This document shows positions 20,145 through 30,809 of a stretch of 64,000 nt of DNA, piece after piece (position 1 is the first letter of the stretch; each line of letters begins with the position of its first letter). The DNA comes from an uncultured Clostridia bacterium (lineage in GTDB: Bacteria > Bacillota > Clostridia > TANB77 > CAG-508). The position numbers and the translations under genes are program-made. The stretch lies in NCBI GenBank assembly GCA_949927455.1, contig CATLEX010000001.1, forward strand, positions 222 to 64,221, in the 5' to 3' direction. Below the pieces are notes generated by a model. That model had not been told where the DNA came from. It did no database searches and was given only the letters and a program-made list of their open reading frames with translations.

Positions 20145-21422
20145 CTAAAATTCCTCTTCATCCTCATTCCAATCAGTTATTTCGCCTTCTTCACTTGTAT
20201 CTCCAAATTCTAAGTTCTCTTTATTTTTTGATGTTGTATCAAAAATTCCATATAATTCACTACTCATGAAATTTCCCATAATTTCATACATATCATCCAT
20301 TGTTAATTCTTTATAATTTACTGTATCTGATGTATCAAAATCACTTAAAGCCTCATTATAAACAACATTTCCAGCTACTTTCATAGCAATTTGTATACCT
20401 TCTGCCTCTACACTAAATTCAATTGAAAAATCATTTTCATGATTTACATAGTTAATTTTTCCACTTAATTGTTCTTCATCATCTACATAAAGTTTATAAG
20501 AATATTCAGTTTCACTTAATTTTGTAAAAGCCATTTGATAATTGTCTCCCTCAATATCCATTGAAACATCAACTCTTACAATTTCTTTCATAAATCCTTT
20601 TGTATAAACATCTATAGTTAAATATTCATCTTCCTCAAAAATATAGGTATCTGCCTCATCACTTATGTCTTGCAAACTTTCTTTAATTTCTTCTGGATTT
20701 TCAAAATAATTCAAAAATTCCTCATTATCAGATAAATTCTCACAGATATTTTGTATGATAGCAGCAACATCTTCTAGTGGCAATTCCATTGTATTTTTAA
20801 TCAAATTTTCATTTTCAATATTGACTTTCTCTTTTGAAAAATATTCATCTTTTAACTGTGCTTTCAATTCTTTCATTACAATTGAACTTGCTTTTGGATT
20901 AACATTTTCTGTTGTAAACATCGATACATCTGCATCATAAACTTCAGAAATCTTCATTTTAATGGTTTTATCAAATAATTCTCCAAGATTCATATACATG
21001 TCATCTGTTTTAATTTCAAGTTTAGCATTAATTCCTAACAATTCTTTCTCGTTTTTAGTTAATTTTAAACCAACAATTTCTTCTTGTGTTTCTTGATCAA
21101 CTTCTGCATTAATTGAAATTTTTGCATCATTGACTAGCTCTCCCAATTCTTGCACATCTGCATCAACTCCATTTACAGAAAGCGATAAGTCTGCATTTAC
21201 TTTCATTGTATTATAATTGACCTTTTCACTTGTGCTAAAATACTGATTAATTTTTTTATCAAATATGTATCTTGACTGATTTAATCTTAATAAGTAAGCC
21301 CCCACAATTGCAATCATCACAACCAAAAGCGCTATTATTATAAAAATGGATTTTTTTCCTTGCTTTGGTTTTTCAAACTCCTCTTGAGTTGCTGTAAATT
21401 TGTTTTCCTCACTCATTTTCAT
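20145..21422 (-). CDS. Hypothetical N-terminally membrane-anchored, very acidic protein
   Basis: Single TM segment IFIIIALLVVMIAIVGAYLL followed by an acidic ectodomain. No family recognised. Confidence 0.6.
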   Translation of the reverse strand: MKMSEENKFTATQEEFEKPKQGKKSIFIIIALLVVMIAIVGAYLLRLNQSRYIFDKKINQYFSTSEKVNYNTMKVNADLSLSVNGVDADVQELGELVNDAKISINAEVDQETQEEIVGLKLTKNEKELLGINAKLEIKTDDMYMNLGELFDKTIKMKISEVYDADVSMFTTENVNPKASSIVMKELKAQLKDEYFSKEKVNIENENLIKNTMELPLEDVAAIIQNICENLSDNEEFLNYFENPEEIKESLQDISDEADTYIFEEDEYLTIDVYTKGFMKEIVRVDVSMDIEGDNYQMAFTKLSETEYSYKLYVDDEEQLSGKINYVNHENDFSIEFSVEAEGIQIAMKVAGNVVYNEALSDFDTSDTVNYKELTMDDMYEIMGNFMSSELYGIFDTTSKNKENLEFGDTSEEGEITDWNEDEEEF

Positions 21423-21556
21423 TTCCTCCCTTTTATTATATATATGTTTAATCTTTGTTATTGTATCCTATTTGGCATAATTTGTCAATTCTAATTCACA
21501 GATTACAAACTTTTTTCATATGATACATAAAATAAAGTAAGAAAGGATTTTTTATC

Positions 21557-22832
21557 ATGGTTATTTTACGTTTAAATGACACTGGACCTTACGTTGAACT
21601 TTTACAAAGTACACTTAAAAAACTTGGGTTTTATTCTGGTAGTATTGATGGTTTTTTTGGTAGACAAACCGAAAATGCTGTCAAAAATTTCCAAAGAAAT
21701 TTTGGTTTATCGAGTGATGGAATTGTTGGAAATGCTACTTGGGATGCACTTTTTCCTTACATAAATGGCTACACGAATTATACGATTAAAAGTGGCGACA
21801 CGTTAACTAAAATTGCAAGAAATTTTGGTACTACCGTAGATAGCATTTTATATGCAAATCCAGATATTGAAGCTGAAAATTTGCAAATTGGGCAACAAAT
21901 TATTGTACCTTTTGGCTCTGTTGTTCCAACAAACATCAGTTATTGCTCTGATTTTATGGAAATGAATTTATCAGCATTAAAAACCATTTATCCATTTTTG
22001 GAAATGTCAATGATTGGCACAAGTGTTTTAGGAAAAAATCTGCCAGTCGTTAAATTTGGTAATGGAGCAAAAGAAGTATTTTACTGTGCTGCAACACATC
22101 GGAAATGAATGGATTACAGCACCACTTCTTATGAAATTTTTGGAAAATTTATCAAAAAGCTATGTAAATGGTATGCCAATTTTTGGAAAGGACCCAAGAG
22201 AACTTTTCTCTACTGTTTCTCTTTACCTTGTTCCAATGGTCAACCCAGATGGCGTAGATTTAGTGACTGGACTTATTACAGAAGGTTCTCGTGCTTATGC
22301 TGGAGCACAAGCAATTTCCAATAATTTTCCTGATATTCCATTTCCAAGTGGCTGGAAAGCAAATATTGAAGGAATCGATTTAAATTTGCAGTTTCCAGCA
22401 GGTTGGGAACAAGCAAAAGAAATCAAGTATGAACAAGGTTTTGACCGACCAGCACCACGTGATTTCGTTGGTTTTGGTCCACTTACTGCACCAGAATCGG
22501 TTGCACTTTACAACTTTACTCTGCGCCATAATTTCTCACTCATGATTACCTACCACACTCAAGGACGTGTTATTTACTATAAGTATCAAGATATGACACC
22601 ACCAAATTCTACGCAAATAGCTAATCTTTTTGCACAAGTTTCTGGCTATTCAGTAGAAAATGTACCAACAGCTTCTAGTTTTGCTGGATACAAAGATTGG
22701 TTTGTCTATTATTATAATCGACCTGGATTTACTATTGAAGTTGGTTTAGGTAATAATCCACTTCCTATCTCTCAATTTGATGGAATTTATCGTGAAAATC
22801 TCGGAATTCTAGTTTTAGGAATGTTGCAATAA
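21557..22832 (+). CDS. PG-binding + LysM + M14-peptidase (gamma-D-glutamyl-L-diamino acid endopeptidase-like) protein; needs a +1 shift at CGG 22100..22102 (otherwise a pseudogene)
   Basis: [31 protein letters not shown] (PG_binding_1) and [17 protein letters not shown] (LysM). The junction FYCAATH|[10 protein letters not shown] restores the M14 HxxE zinc motif. Confidence 0.8.
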
Positions 22833-22841
22833 AAATTTAAA

Positions 22842-22892
22842 AAGCTATAAAAAACTCCATCTTCTCAAAGAAGGGCGAGTTTTTTACAGCTT
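22842..22892. repeat. Short-form copy of the palindromic intergenic repeat
   Basis: agctataaaaaactc-catcttctcaaagaaggg-cgagttttttacagct, lying between convergent gene ends. Confidence 0.7.
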
Positions 22893-22893
22893 C

Positions 22894-23595
22894 TTATTGT
22901 TCACCTGCCAAAATAATTTCATTTGCTTGTTCACTTGTTAGATAGCCTTGTTTTAACATTTTTCTAATAACTTGTGCTTGCCTTTGCCTTGCTAACTCTG
23001 GATTTTTGGTCGGTGCATAAACAGATGGCGCATTTGGAATTCCTGCTAGCAAAGTACATTCATACAAATTCATATCTTTTGGTAATTTATCAAAATATCC
23101 TTCTGCTGCATCTTTAACACAATAATAGCCATCTCCAAAATAAGAAGTATTCACATACATTTCAAAAATCTCTTCTTTACTACAATTTGCCTCAAACTTT
23201 CGAGCCATAAACACTTCTGCAATTTTTCTAGTTACTTTCTTTTCTTGTGTGAAATAAACATTTTTGGCAAGCTGTTGTGTAATCGTGCTTCCACCCTCTT
23301 CAAATTTTCTTTCTTTAATATCAATCCACAAAGCCCTTGAAATACTAATCAAATCAATTCCACTATGTTTAAAAAAACGTTTATCTTCCACACTAATCAC
23401 AGCATTTATGTAATCTTTTGGTAATTCATCAAACCTTGCATAATTCTCAATCGACTTTATTTCTCGCACTTTTTCCTCAATGCTCATTTCACTAATTGCT
23501 TTATCATATATATCATAACCCTGTTTTATAAAATATCCAGCAACTGCAATTATGATAACTAATACTAGAAATAATAACCACTTTAGTAACTTCAT
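22894..23595 (-). CDS. Monofunctional peptidoglycan glycosyltransferase (GT51)
   Basis: TM anchor followed by VISVEDKRFFKHSGID...GGSTITQQLAKN. I chose ATG 23595 because aaggag lies 6 nt upstream. The track ORF extends to 23652. Confidence 0.8.
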   Translation of the reverse strand: MKLLKWLLFLVLVIIIAVAGYFIKQGYDIYDKAISEMSIEEKVREIKSIENYARFDELPKDYINAVISVEDKRFFKHSGIDLISISRALWIDIKERKFEEGGSTITQQLAKNVYFTQEKKVTRKIAEVFMARKFEANCSKEEIFEMYVNTSYFGDGYYCVKDAAEGYFDKLPKDMNLYECTLLAGIPNAPSVYAPTKNPELARQRQAQVIRKMLKQGYLTSEQANEIILAGEQ

Positions 23596-23638
23596 GAATT
23601 TCTCCTTTTTGTACATTTTTATTATTATATCTTTTATT

Positions 23639-26269
23639 TCAAATTTTGACAAGAGAAATAAAAACTATCATGCAATTTTTCCGTTTTATTTTTACCAAAA
23701 CATTTAGTGCCTCAATTGGCGTAAGTTCATTCACATTCACTTTGTCAAGTTCACGAGCAATATCTGCAAATTGCAAATTACATAAATCCATTTGCCCTTC
23801 CACCTGTTTTTTATCATCCTTATTTTCCTTGACTTTCACGCCACCTTTTTCCAAATTTCCTAAAATTTTATTCGCCCTTTTTACAACATCATTCGGAACA
23901 CCTGCCAGTTTAGCAACATGAATTCCGTAGCTCTCATCCGTTCCACCTTCCATTATTTTTCTCAAAAAAATAATATCTTCTCCTTTTTCCTTCACAGCCA
24001 CCGAATAATTCTTAATGCCTTCTATTTTATTTTCCAAAGCAACCAATTCATGATAATGTGTTGCAAATAGTGTTTTACAACCAATCTTGGTAGCAATATA
24101 TTCTGTCACAGCCCACGCAATTGAAAGTCCATCATAAGTGGACGTTCCACGTCCAATTTCATCCAATATAATCAAACTATTTCTAGTCGCATCTTTCAAA
24201 ATATTCGCCACTTCAGCCATTTCCACCATAAATGTACTTTGTCCCATACTCAAATCGTCAGACGCTCCCACTCTCGTAAAAATTTTATCAATCACACCCA
24301 AATGCGCTTTTTCAGCAGGCACAAAACTACCAATTTGAGCCATCAAACAAATCAATGCCACTTGTCTCATATAGGTTGACTTTCCTGCCATATTCGGCCC
24401 CGTAATCATCGCAATTCGATTTTCTTGCAAATTAAGTTTCGTATCATTTTGAACAAAACCACCACTATCTAGCATTTTTTCCACCACTGGATGACGTCCA
24501 TTTTCAATTTCCAAAACGCCACTCTCGTCCATTTCTGGACACACATAATTGTAATCTTCAGCCACAATTGCCAAACTTGTAAGCACATCCACATTCGCAA
24601 TCACACTTGCTGTTTGCTGAATTCTTTCAATATTGTTTGCAATCTCATTTCTAATCTCAACAAAAGCATTGTATTCTTGCTGAATTGCCTTTTCTTCTGC
24701 CCCCAATATTTTATCTTCCATATCCTTCAATTCCTGTGTAATAAAACGCTCCGCATTTGTCAAAGTTTGCTTTCTAATATAGTTTTTGGGCACTTGGCTC
24801 AAAAAAGATTTCGTCACTTCAATATAATATCCAAAAACTTTTGTATAACCAATTTTCAAATTTTTGATTTTTGTTGCTTCTCTTTCCTTTGCTTCCAAAT
24901 TCAAAATCCACTGTTTTCCTTCCACAGAAGCACTTTTATATTCATCAATTTCCTTATTGTAGCCCATTTTAATCAGCCCACCCTCTTTCAAACTAATTGG
25001 TGGCTCCTCTACAATAGCATCCTCAATCAATTTCGCAATATCTACAAGTTCATCTAAATCGTTATATGCCTTTTGTAGCAGCTCACAATTTGTATTTTTC
25101 AAAATCTGCTTTAAATCTGGCATATGAGAAATTGAGTTTTTTAGTGAAATCAAATCTCTCGCATTAGCATTTCCGTAAGAAATTTTTCCTGCTAATCGTT
25201 CGATATCATAAACTTTATTCAAATTTTCTGCAATATCTCCACGCAGCATTAAATTATCCTTTAATTCTCCAACCGCTGTATTTCTGGCTTTTATTTCATC
25301 AATAGCAAGCAATGGATCATGAATCCAACGTTTTAAAAGTCGTCCTCCCATAGATGTTGAAGTTCTATCCAAAACCCACATCAATGTTCCCTTTTTAGAT
25401 TTATCTCGCATTCTCTCTGTCAATTCCAAATTTCTTCTCGCACTAATATCAAGTGACATATACTTCTGAACATCATACACTTTTAAGGTATTCATATGTT
25501 CTAACTTCATTTTTTGCGTTTCTTCAATATAATTCAAAATCCCATTCGTAGCACTAATCAGCAAATCTTCATTTTCTAAAACCTTTTCATTTCCACTATT
25601 ATCCATTACTTTATATTGACTATTGATTTTCTCCGCATTTTCTTCAAAAATGCTATCTTCCCTGACTGTCACAAAAGCCAAACTTCTATCCTTCATCATT
25701 TCAACTTCTTTTTTGCTAGCCGCCATCGCTGGGTTAATCACAAGTTCTGTTGGCGTAAAACGTGCATATTCATCTAATAGTTTCTCAAAATTATTTTCTG
25801 GAAATTTAATTTGAGTTGCATAAAAATCACCTGTTGTAATATCACAAATAGAAATTCCATAATAAATACCACTTTTCAGAATAGACATCATATAATTATT
25901 TTTCTTTTCTTCTAGCATATTATTTTCCGTCACTGTTCCTGGAGTTACCACACGAATGACATCACGCTTTACAATTCCTTTGGTTGTTTTTGGATCCTCT
26001 AATTGCTCACAAATCGCAACTTTGTAGCCTTTTGCAATAAGTCTTGAAAGATAAGTGTCAACTGCATGATAAGGAACACCACACATGGGCGCCTTCTCCT
26101 CTGCGCCACATGCCCTGCCTGTAAGCGTTATTTCCAATTCACGAGACGCCAAAATGGCATCCTCATAAAACATTTCATAAAAATCGCCTAAACGATAAAA
26201 CAAAATACAATCTTGATATTCTTTCTTCGTATCCAAATAATTTTGCATCATTGGGGATAAATCTGCCAT
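23639..26269 (-). CDS. mutS: DNA mismatch repair protein MutS (the stop would be at 23668 if CGG 23681..23683 also shifts +1)
   Basis: Domain I MQNYLDTKKEYQDCILFYRLGDFYEMF and Walker A ITGPNMAGKSTYMRQ. Confidence 0.95.
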   Translation of the reverse strand: MADLSPMMQNYLDTKKEYQDCILFYRLGDFYEMFYEDAILASRELEITLTGRACGAEEKAPMCGVPYHAVDTYLSRLIAKGYKVAICEQLEDPKTTKGIVKRDVIRVVTPGTVTENNMLEEKKNNYMMSILKSGIYYGISICDITTGDFYATQIKFPENNFEKLLDEYARFTPTELVINPAMAASKKEVEMMKDRSLAFVTVREDSIFEENAEKINSQYKVMDNSGNEKVLENEDLLISATNGILNYIEETQKMKLEHMNTLKVYDVQKYMSLDISARRNLELTERMRDKSKKGTLMWVLDRTSTSMGGRLLKRWIHDPLLAIDEIKARNTAVGELKDNLMLRGDIAENLNKVYDIERLAGKISYGNANARDLISLKNSISHMPDLKQILKNTNCELLQKAYNDLDELVDIAKLIEDAIVEEPPISLKEGGLIKMGYNKEIDEYKSASVEGKQWILNLEAKEREATKIKNLKIGYTKVFGYYIEVTKSFLSQVPKNYIRKQTLTNAERFITQELKDMEDKILGAEEKAIQQEYNAFVEIRNEIANNIERIQQTASVIANVDVLTSLAIVAEDYNYVCPEMDESGVLEIENGRHPVVEKMLDSGGFVQNDTKLNLQENRIAMITGPNMAGKSTYMRQVALICLMAQIGSFVPAEKAHLGVIDKIFTRVGASDDLSMGQSTFMVEMAEVANILKDATRNSLIILDEIGRGTSTYDGLSIAWAVTEYIATKIGCKTLFATHYHELVALENKIEGIKNYSVAVKEKGEDIIFLRKIMEGGTDESYGIHVAKLAGVPNDVVKRANKILGNLEKGGVKVKENKDDKKQVEGQMDLCNLQFADIARELDKVNVNELTPIEALNVLVKIKRKNCMIVFISLVKI

Positions 26270-26281
26270 TTTTTCCTCCTT

Positions 26282-26914
26282 TTATTTCTCTGCTTCTATT
26301 TCTCTATCTTCTCTGTGTTCTTTTATAACAGAATTTATATAATTTATTTCATCATTACTTAAAGCTCTCTTATATGCAAATGATTCTGCTAAAATTTTAC
26401 ATGCTTCACACAAACGTTTATCCTTAAATCCAGCAATCTTTTTTGACAAGGTCTTTGCTTTTAGTTGATACTTTTCCTCCATTTCTATCTGAGTGCACTT
26501 ATTCTCTAGCATCTCTATTACTAACTCCATAAAATCAATATGACTATAATCATTTCTTCCTTTATTCGTCTCATATAATTTCAAAAGTTCATTATTAGTT
26601 GCTAGATATTCCATCATTCTTTTTTTAAAGGTTTGACAATGAATTCCTAATCCTGCAGCTGCTTGCTTCAAAGTAATTTCTCCGTTTATATTTTTTATGA
26701 TATTATTTCTAAACTGTATTTTTGCTTCCTCTTCTAAAACATTATTAAAAATCTCTAAGGATCTTTCGTCTTTTTCAAATATTCTCCTATAATAATCTAT
26801 AATCACATTTTTATCAACTTGATATTCTTCTCCAATTACTTCCAAAGTCTCTCCCAATAAAATTCTCCTCAAAATTTCCTTTGCATGTTTGTCTAAATTC
26901 TGTTTATTTTTCAA
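26282..26914 (-). CDS. Hypothetical 210-aa protein between miaB and mutS
   Basis: The ORF overlaps the miaB stop by 11 nt. It has repeated HTH-like helical segments but I recognise no family. Confidence 0.5.
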   Translation of the reverse strand: MKNKQNLDKHAKEILRRILLGETLEVIGEEYQVDKNVIIDYYRRIFEKDERSLEIFNNVLEEEAKIQFRNNIIKNINGEITLKQAAAGLGIHCQTFKKRMMEYLATNNELLKLYETNKGRNDYSHIDFMELVIEMLENKCTQIEMEEKYQLKAKTLSKKIAGFKDKRLCEACKILAESFAYKRALSNDEINYINSVIKEHREDREIEAEK

Positions 26915-28298
26915 TGATTTCTCCTTTTAAATACCATTTATGATTTTCCGTAATTTTCACATTCACCATATCACCTATTTCGTGCACTTCATCTGGCGTA
27001 AAAATAACAACCTTATTTGTATCCGTTCTACCTGCCCATTTCGTTTCATCATTTTTGCTTTTTCCTTCAATCAAAATTTTGTGTGTTGTTCCAATATATT
27101 TCTCATTATTATCATCTACTTTTACTTCATACAATTCTTTTAACCTGTCAAATCTTTTATGCTTGATTTCTTCTGGCACTTGGTCCTCTCGGCTCGCCGC
27201 TACAGTTCCTTCTCTTTGCGAATAAATAAACATAAAAATTTGCTCAAAATTAACTCGTCTTACAACATCTAACGTATCTTCAAATTCTTCATCTGTTTCT
27301 CCCGGAAATCCCACAATAATATCCGTAGACAGCATCAAATTTGGAATTTGCTTTTTCATTTTATCCACCAACTCTAAATATTGCTCCTTCGTATATTTAC
27401 GGTTCATTTCCTTTAGCACTTTGCTATTTCCAGATTGCAAAGGCAAATGCACAATCCTTGAAATTTTGTCAATATCACGAATTGCCTCAATCACATCATC
27501 TGTAAAATCTTTTGGATGTGGCGAAATAAAATTAATCTTTTCGATTTGCTCAATTCTAGCCACAGCATATAACAATTTTGCAAACGAATTAATTTTGCTA
27601 TCTGCTATACCCTTTTCACGTTCCACCGCCATATAAGAATTCACATTTTGTCCCAAAAGCGTGACTTCTTTATAGCCTTGATTCGCCAAATTTTGAATCT
27701 CCTCCAAAATCTTCTGTGGCTTTCTACTTCTTTCTCTTCCACGCACATATGGCACTATGCAATAGGTACAAAAATTATTGCAACCATACATAATCGTCAC
27801 ACTCGCACTAAATTTGCTATTTCTCTTAATCGGCAAATCTTCCTGAATTTCGCCTTCTATGTCAATTACATCACGCACTTTTTCATTTTTTTCAATTGCT
27901 TTATAAATATCTTCTGGCAAATTTTGAAGTGTATGCGTCCCAAAAATAATATCCACAAAAGAATAACTTTTTTTGATTTTGTCAACCATTACTTTTTCTT
28001 GCATCATGCAACCACCAATAGCAATCATTAAATTTTTGGACTTTTTCAAATTTTTTAATTCACCAATTTTGCCAAACAGTCTTTCTTCCGCATTCTCACG
28101 GACACAACAAGTATTAAAAACAATCAAATTTGCTTCTTTTTCATGTTCAGCCTTACTAAATCCCATTTCTTCTAACATTCCAGCAATCTTTTCAGAATCA
28201 TTTTCATTCAACTTACACCCAAATGTTGTAATATAATATTGTAACCTGCTCACTTGTACTTTTTGTTTTACTTTTTCCAAAATTTCTTTTTCTAACAC
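26904..28298 (-). CDS. miaB: tRNA (N6-isopentenyl-A37) methylthiotransferase MiaB
   Basis: UPF0004 domain TFGCKLNENDSE, radical-SAM motif GCNNFCTYCIVP and a C-terminal TRAM domain. Confidence 0.9.
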   Translation of the reverse strand: MLEKEILEKVKQKVQVSRLQYYITTFGCKLNENDSEKIAGMLEEMGFSKAEHEKEANLIVFNTCCVRENAEERLFGKIGELKNLKKSKNLMIAIGGCMMQEKVMVDKIKKSYSFVDIIFGTHTLQNLPEDIYKAIEKNEKVRDVIDIEGEIQEDLPIKRNSKFSASVTIMYGCNNFCTYCIVPYVRGRERSRKPQKILEEIQNLANQGYKEVTLLGQNVNSYMAVEREKGIADSKINSFAKLLYAVARIEQIEKINFISPHPKDFTDDVIEAIRDIDKISRIVHLPLQSGNSKVLKEMNRKYTKEQYLELVDKMKKQIPNLMLSTDIIVGFPGETDEEFEDTLDVVRRVNFEQIFMFIYSQREGTVAASREDQVPEEIKHKRFDRLKELYEVKVDDNNEKYIGTTHKILIEGKSKNDETKWAGRTDTNKVVIFTPDEVHEIGDMVNVKITENHKWYLKGEIIEK

Positions 28299-28432
28299 TT
28301 GTTTTGCCTCCTAAACTTATTTCTTATTTTATAACATTTTCCGACATTTTTCAAGTGATTTTACAGAATTTCGCCCCAAAAATCTTGTCATTTCCCAAAT
28401 TTTCAGGTATAATAAAGATAAGGGAGAAGATT

Positions 28433-29044
28433 ATGAATTATTATGAAATACTATACTTATCAAAAAATGCAACGCAAACTGAAATCAAACGTTCTTATAA
28501 AAAATTAGTAAAAAAATATCACCCAGACTTATATTCAGGTGATAAAACTTTTGCTGAACAAAAAATAAAACAAATTAATGAAGCTTATGATATTTTATCA
28601 AATCCTAAAAAGAAATTTGCTTATGACGAGACATTTAATCAATCCTTTGAACCTTATACCTATCCCACAAATGAAAATTCTGTTTATCAATCAAATGTTC
28701 AAAAAGCGGAATCAGCTTTTACAAATTTTATGGTAGACAAACTAAATCATCTTACGATAAAACATCAAATACAAATCTTCTTTTTTATTTTTGCTATAAC
28801 ACTAACTTTGTTTTTAATCAATTTTTTTCAAGTAAAATATTATTTAACTTCACATTCCGAAAACAATACCATCAATCATTCTTCTGTGAGTAATACAACA
28901 AATTCATCTTTTTCAAATAACAGCACAGAAAATACAATGCAAAATTTTGACTATGACCAAAGCACTTTCAATATACTAGATGATACATTTAATGACTTTT
29001 GGAAATCTTATTTTGAAGAAGATTATACAAACTACGAATTTTAA
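28433..29044 (+). CDS. J-domain (DnaJ-like) membrane protein
   Basis: ATG 28433 follows aagggagaag. NYYEILYLSKNATQTEIKRSYKKLVKKYHPD carries the HPD motif, followed by one TM segment and an N/S-rich tail. Confidence 0.8.
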   Translation: MNYYEILYLSKNATQTEIKRSYKKLVKKYHPDLYSGDKTFAEQKIKQINEAYDILSNPKKKFAYDETFNQSFEPYTYPTNENSVYQSNVQKAESAFTNFMVDKLNHLTIKHQIQIFFFIFAITLTLFLINFFQVKYYLTSHSENNTINHSSVSNTTNSSFSNNSTENTMQNFDYDQSTFNILDDTFNDFWKSYFEEDYTNYEF

Positions 29045-29069
29045 TAGCACACTATCAATAGTGTGCTAT
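29044..29069. terminator. Bidirectional hairpin between convergent genes
   Basis: Stem atagcacact / agtgtgctat. Confidence 0.6.
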
Positions 29070-29097
29070 TATTTTTTCAATTACATTTTTTTATTTT

Positions 29098-30531
29098 CTA
29101 TATTTTTACATATCCACCAATTTGTTTGCTTTCTTGAACGCCACTCATGAAATCTTTTCCACCTGCAATAATAGCTGTATCACCTGTTTCCAAAATTCCT
29201 TTTGCTTTTAATTTTTCAATTCCTTTTTGAATTACTTTTGTTTTATCTTCATCTGTTTCTACAAGTACTGGTTCTACGTTCCAAGCAAGTCCTAATTGGT
29301 TAAATGTTCTTCTATTATCTGTTACAGCTAAAATTGGGCAACCTGCTCCCATTCCCGCTAATCTTCTTGCTGTATCACCTGAATTTGTATAACAAATAAT
29401 CGCATCTGCTTTCATATTTTTAGCACTTACACATACAGAATAAGCAATATTATCTTCTAAATCTTTTAAATTAATATTGTCATTCTTTTCAAATCTTTTC
29501 CAATAATGAATTGTTGGTTCAATTCTTCTTGCAATTTTATCCATCGTTTTAACACATTCTACTGGATATTCACCCATTGCACATTCACCAGAAAGCATAA
29601 TTGCACTTGTTCTATCATAAATAGCGTTTGCCACATCAGAAGCCTCTGCTCTTGTTGGTAATGGATTATGTGTCATACTCTCTAACATTTGTGTTGCAGT
29701 AAGGGCTGGTTTACATGCTCTGTTACATAATTTAATAAATCTTTTTTGCATTACAGGTGGTTCTGTAAAATCTGTTTCTGTTGCCATATCTCCACGAGCA
29801 ATCATTTGAGAATCTGCCATGTCAACAATAGTTTCCATATTTTCTAGACCTTCTGCATTTTCTACTTTTGTCATAATTTGAATATCTTTTCCACCATTTT
29901 CGTCTAACACTTTTCTTACTTGTGCAATATCATCTGCATTTCTAGCAAATGACATTGCTACCATATCATAATCATGTTCACAAGCTGTTTTTAAATCATT
30001 AATATCTTTTTCTTTTAAGGCTGGCACTTTAACAAAAGTTCCTGGTAAATTGATACTTTTTCTACTTCCTAATCTACCACCATGAATAACAGTACAATGA
30101 ATATCTTTATCTTTTATTTCATCTACTACTAATTCAATTGCTCCATCGTCAATTAATATTTTTGTTCCTGATTTTACATCTTTATATAATTCTTTATAAG
30201 AAACAGAAACTTTTTCTTCATTTCCTAAAATATCTTCATTTACAAATACAAACTTCTGTCCATCTTTTATGTCTATTTTTTCATTTTTTCCAGCAGCCAA
30301 CATTCCTGTTCTGATTTCTGGACCTTGCATATCCAAAATCATTGGAATTGGCAAATCTAATTCTTTTCTTAAACGAATAATTTCTTGTGTTTTTTCTTCT
30401 TGTTCGTCATAACTACCATGTTTGTAATTGATTCTGCAAACATTTAATCCTGCATCAAATAACTCTTTTAATTTTGTTTCACTAGCTGGACCAATGGTAC
30501 CTACAATTTTTGTTTTTCTTAAAACCTTCAT
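29098..30531 (-). CDS. pyk: Pyruvate kinase
   Basis: RKTKIVGTIGPAS...MILDMQGPEIRTG...MIARGDMATE...TQMLESM. Confidence 0.95.
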   Translation of the reverse strand: MKVLRKTKIVGTIGPASETKLKELFDAGLNVCRINYKHGSYDEQEEKTQEIIRLRKELDLPIPMILDMQGPEIRTGMLAAGKNEKIDIKDGQKFVFVNEDILGNEEKVSVSYKELYKDVKSGTKILIDDGAIELVVDEIKDKDIHCTVIHGGRLGSRKSINLPGTFVKVPALKEKDINDLKTACEHDYDMVAMSFARNADDIAQVRKVLDENGGKDIQIMTKVENAEGLENMETIVDMADSQMIARGDMATETDFTEPPVMQKRFIKLCNRACKPALTATQMLESMTHNPLPTRAEASDVANAIYDRTSAIMLSGECAMGEYPVECVKTMDKIARRIEPTIHYWKRFEKNDNINLKDLEDNIAYSVCVSAKNMKADAIICYTNSGDTARRLAGMGAGCPILAVTDNRRTFNQLGLAWNVEPVLVETDEDKTKVIQKGIEKLKAKGILETGDTAIIAGGKDFMSGVQESKQIGGYVKI

Positions 30532-30666
30532 TTTTTATTCTTCCTTTCCTGATTTTTACTCTTTAAGGAGTATATCACATCTTATATAAAGTTTTCAAGT
30601 ATTTTTTCTATTTTTTTGACAAATTCTTAACTTTTTTGAAAAAATTGGCAAAATTAACACTAATTG

Positions 30667-30695
30667 TTGTTTTATTTACATAATTATGATATAAT
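30667..30695 (+). promoter_or_regulatory. Candidate extended -10 promoter (TTGTTT-14-TGATATAAT) for 30810..32048
   Basis: tgatataat ends at 30695. It would give a leader of about 105 nt. Confidence 0.4.
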
Positions 30696-30809
30696 GAATG
30701 TAAGGGGACTTTATATTTTTGTTTTTTCGCTCATTCGCGGAAAGGGCTTGAAATCACGGCACGTTGACAATCGCCTCACTTCGGGGCTCACATAAAGAAA
30801 GGGAAAAAC

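Noticed and set aside
30696-30809. c-di-GMP (GEMM) riboswitch in the leader of 30810..32048
   Set aside because: The conserved GCAAA / ACGCAAAGC-type elements are absent. The leader is kept only as an unexplained structured region.
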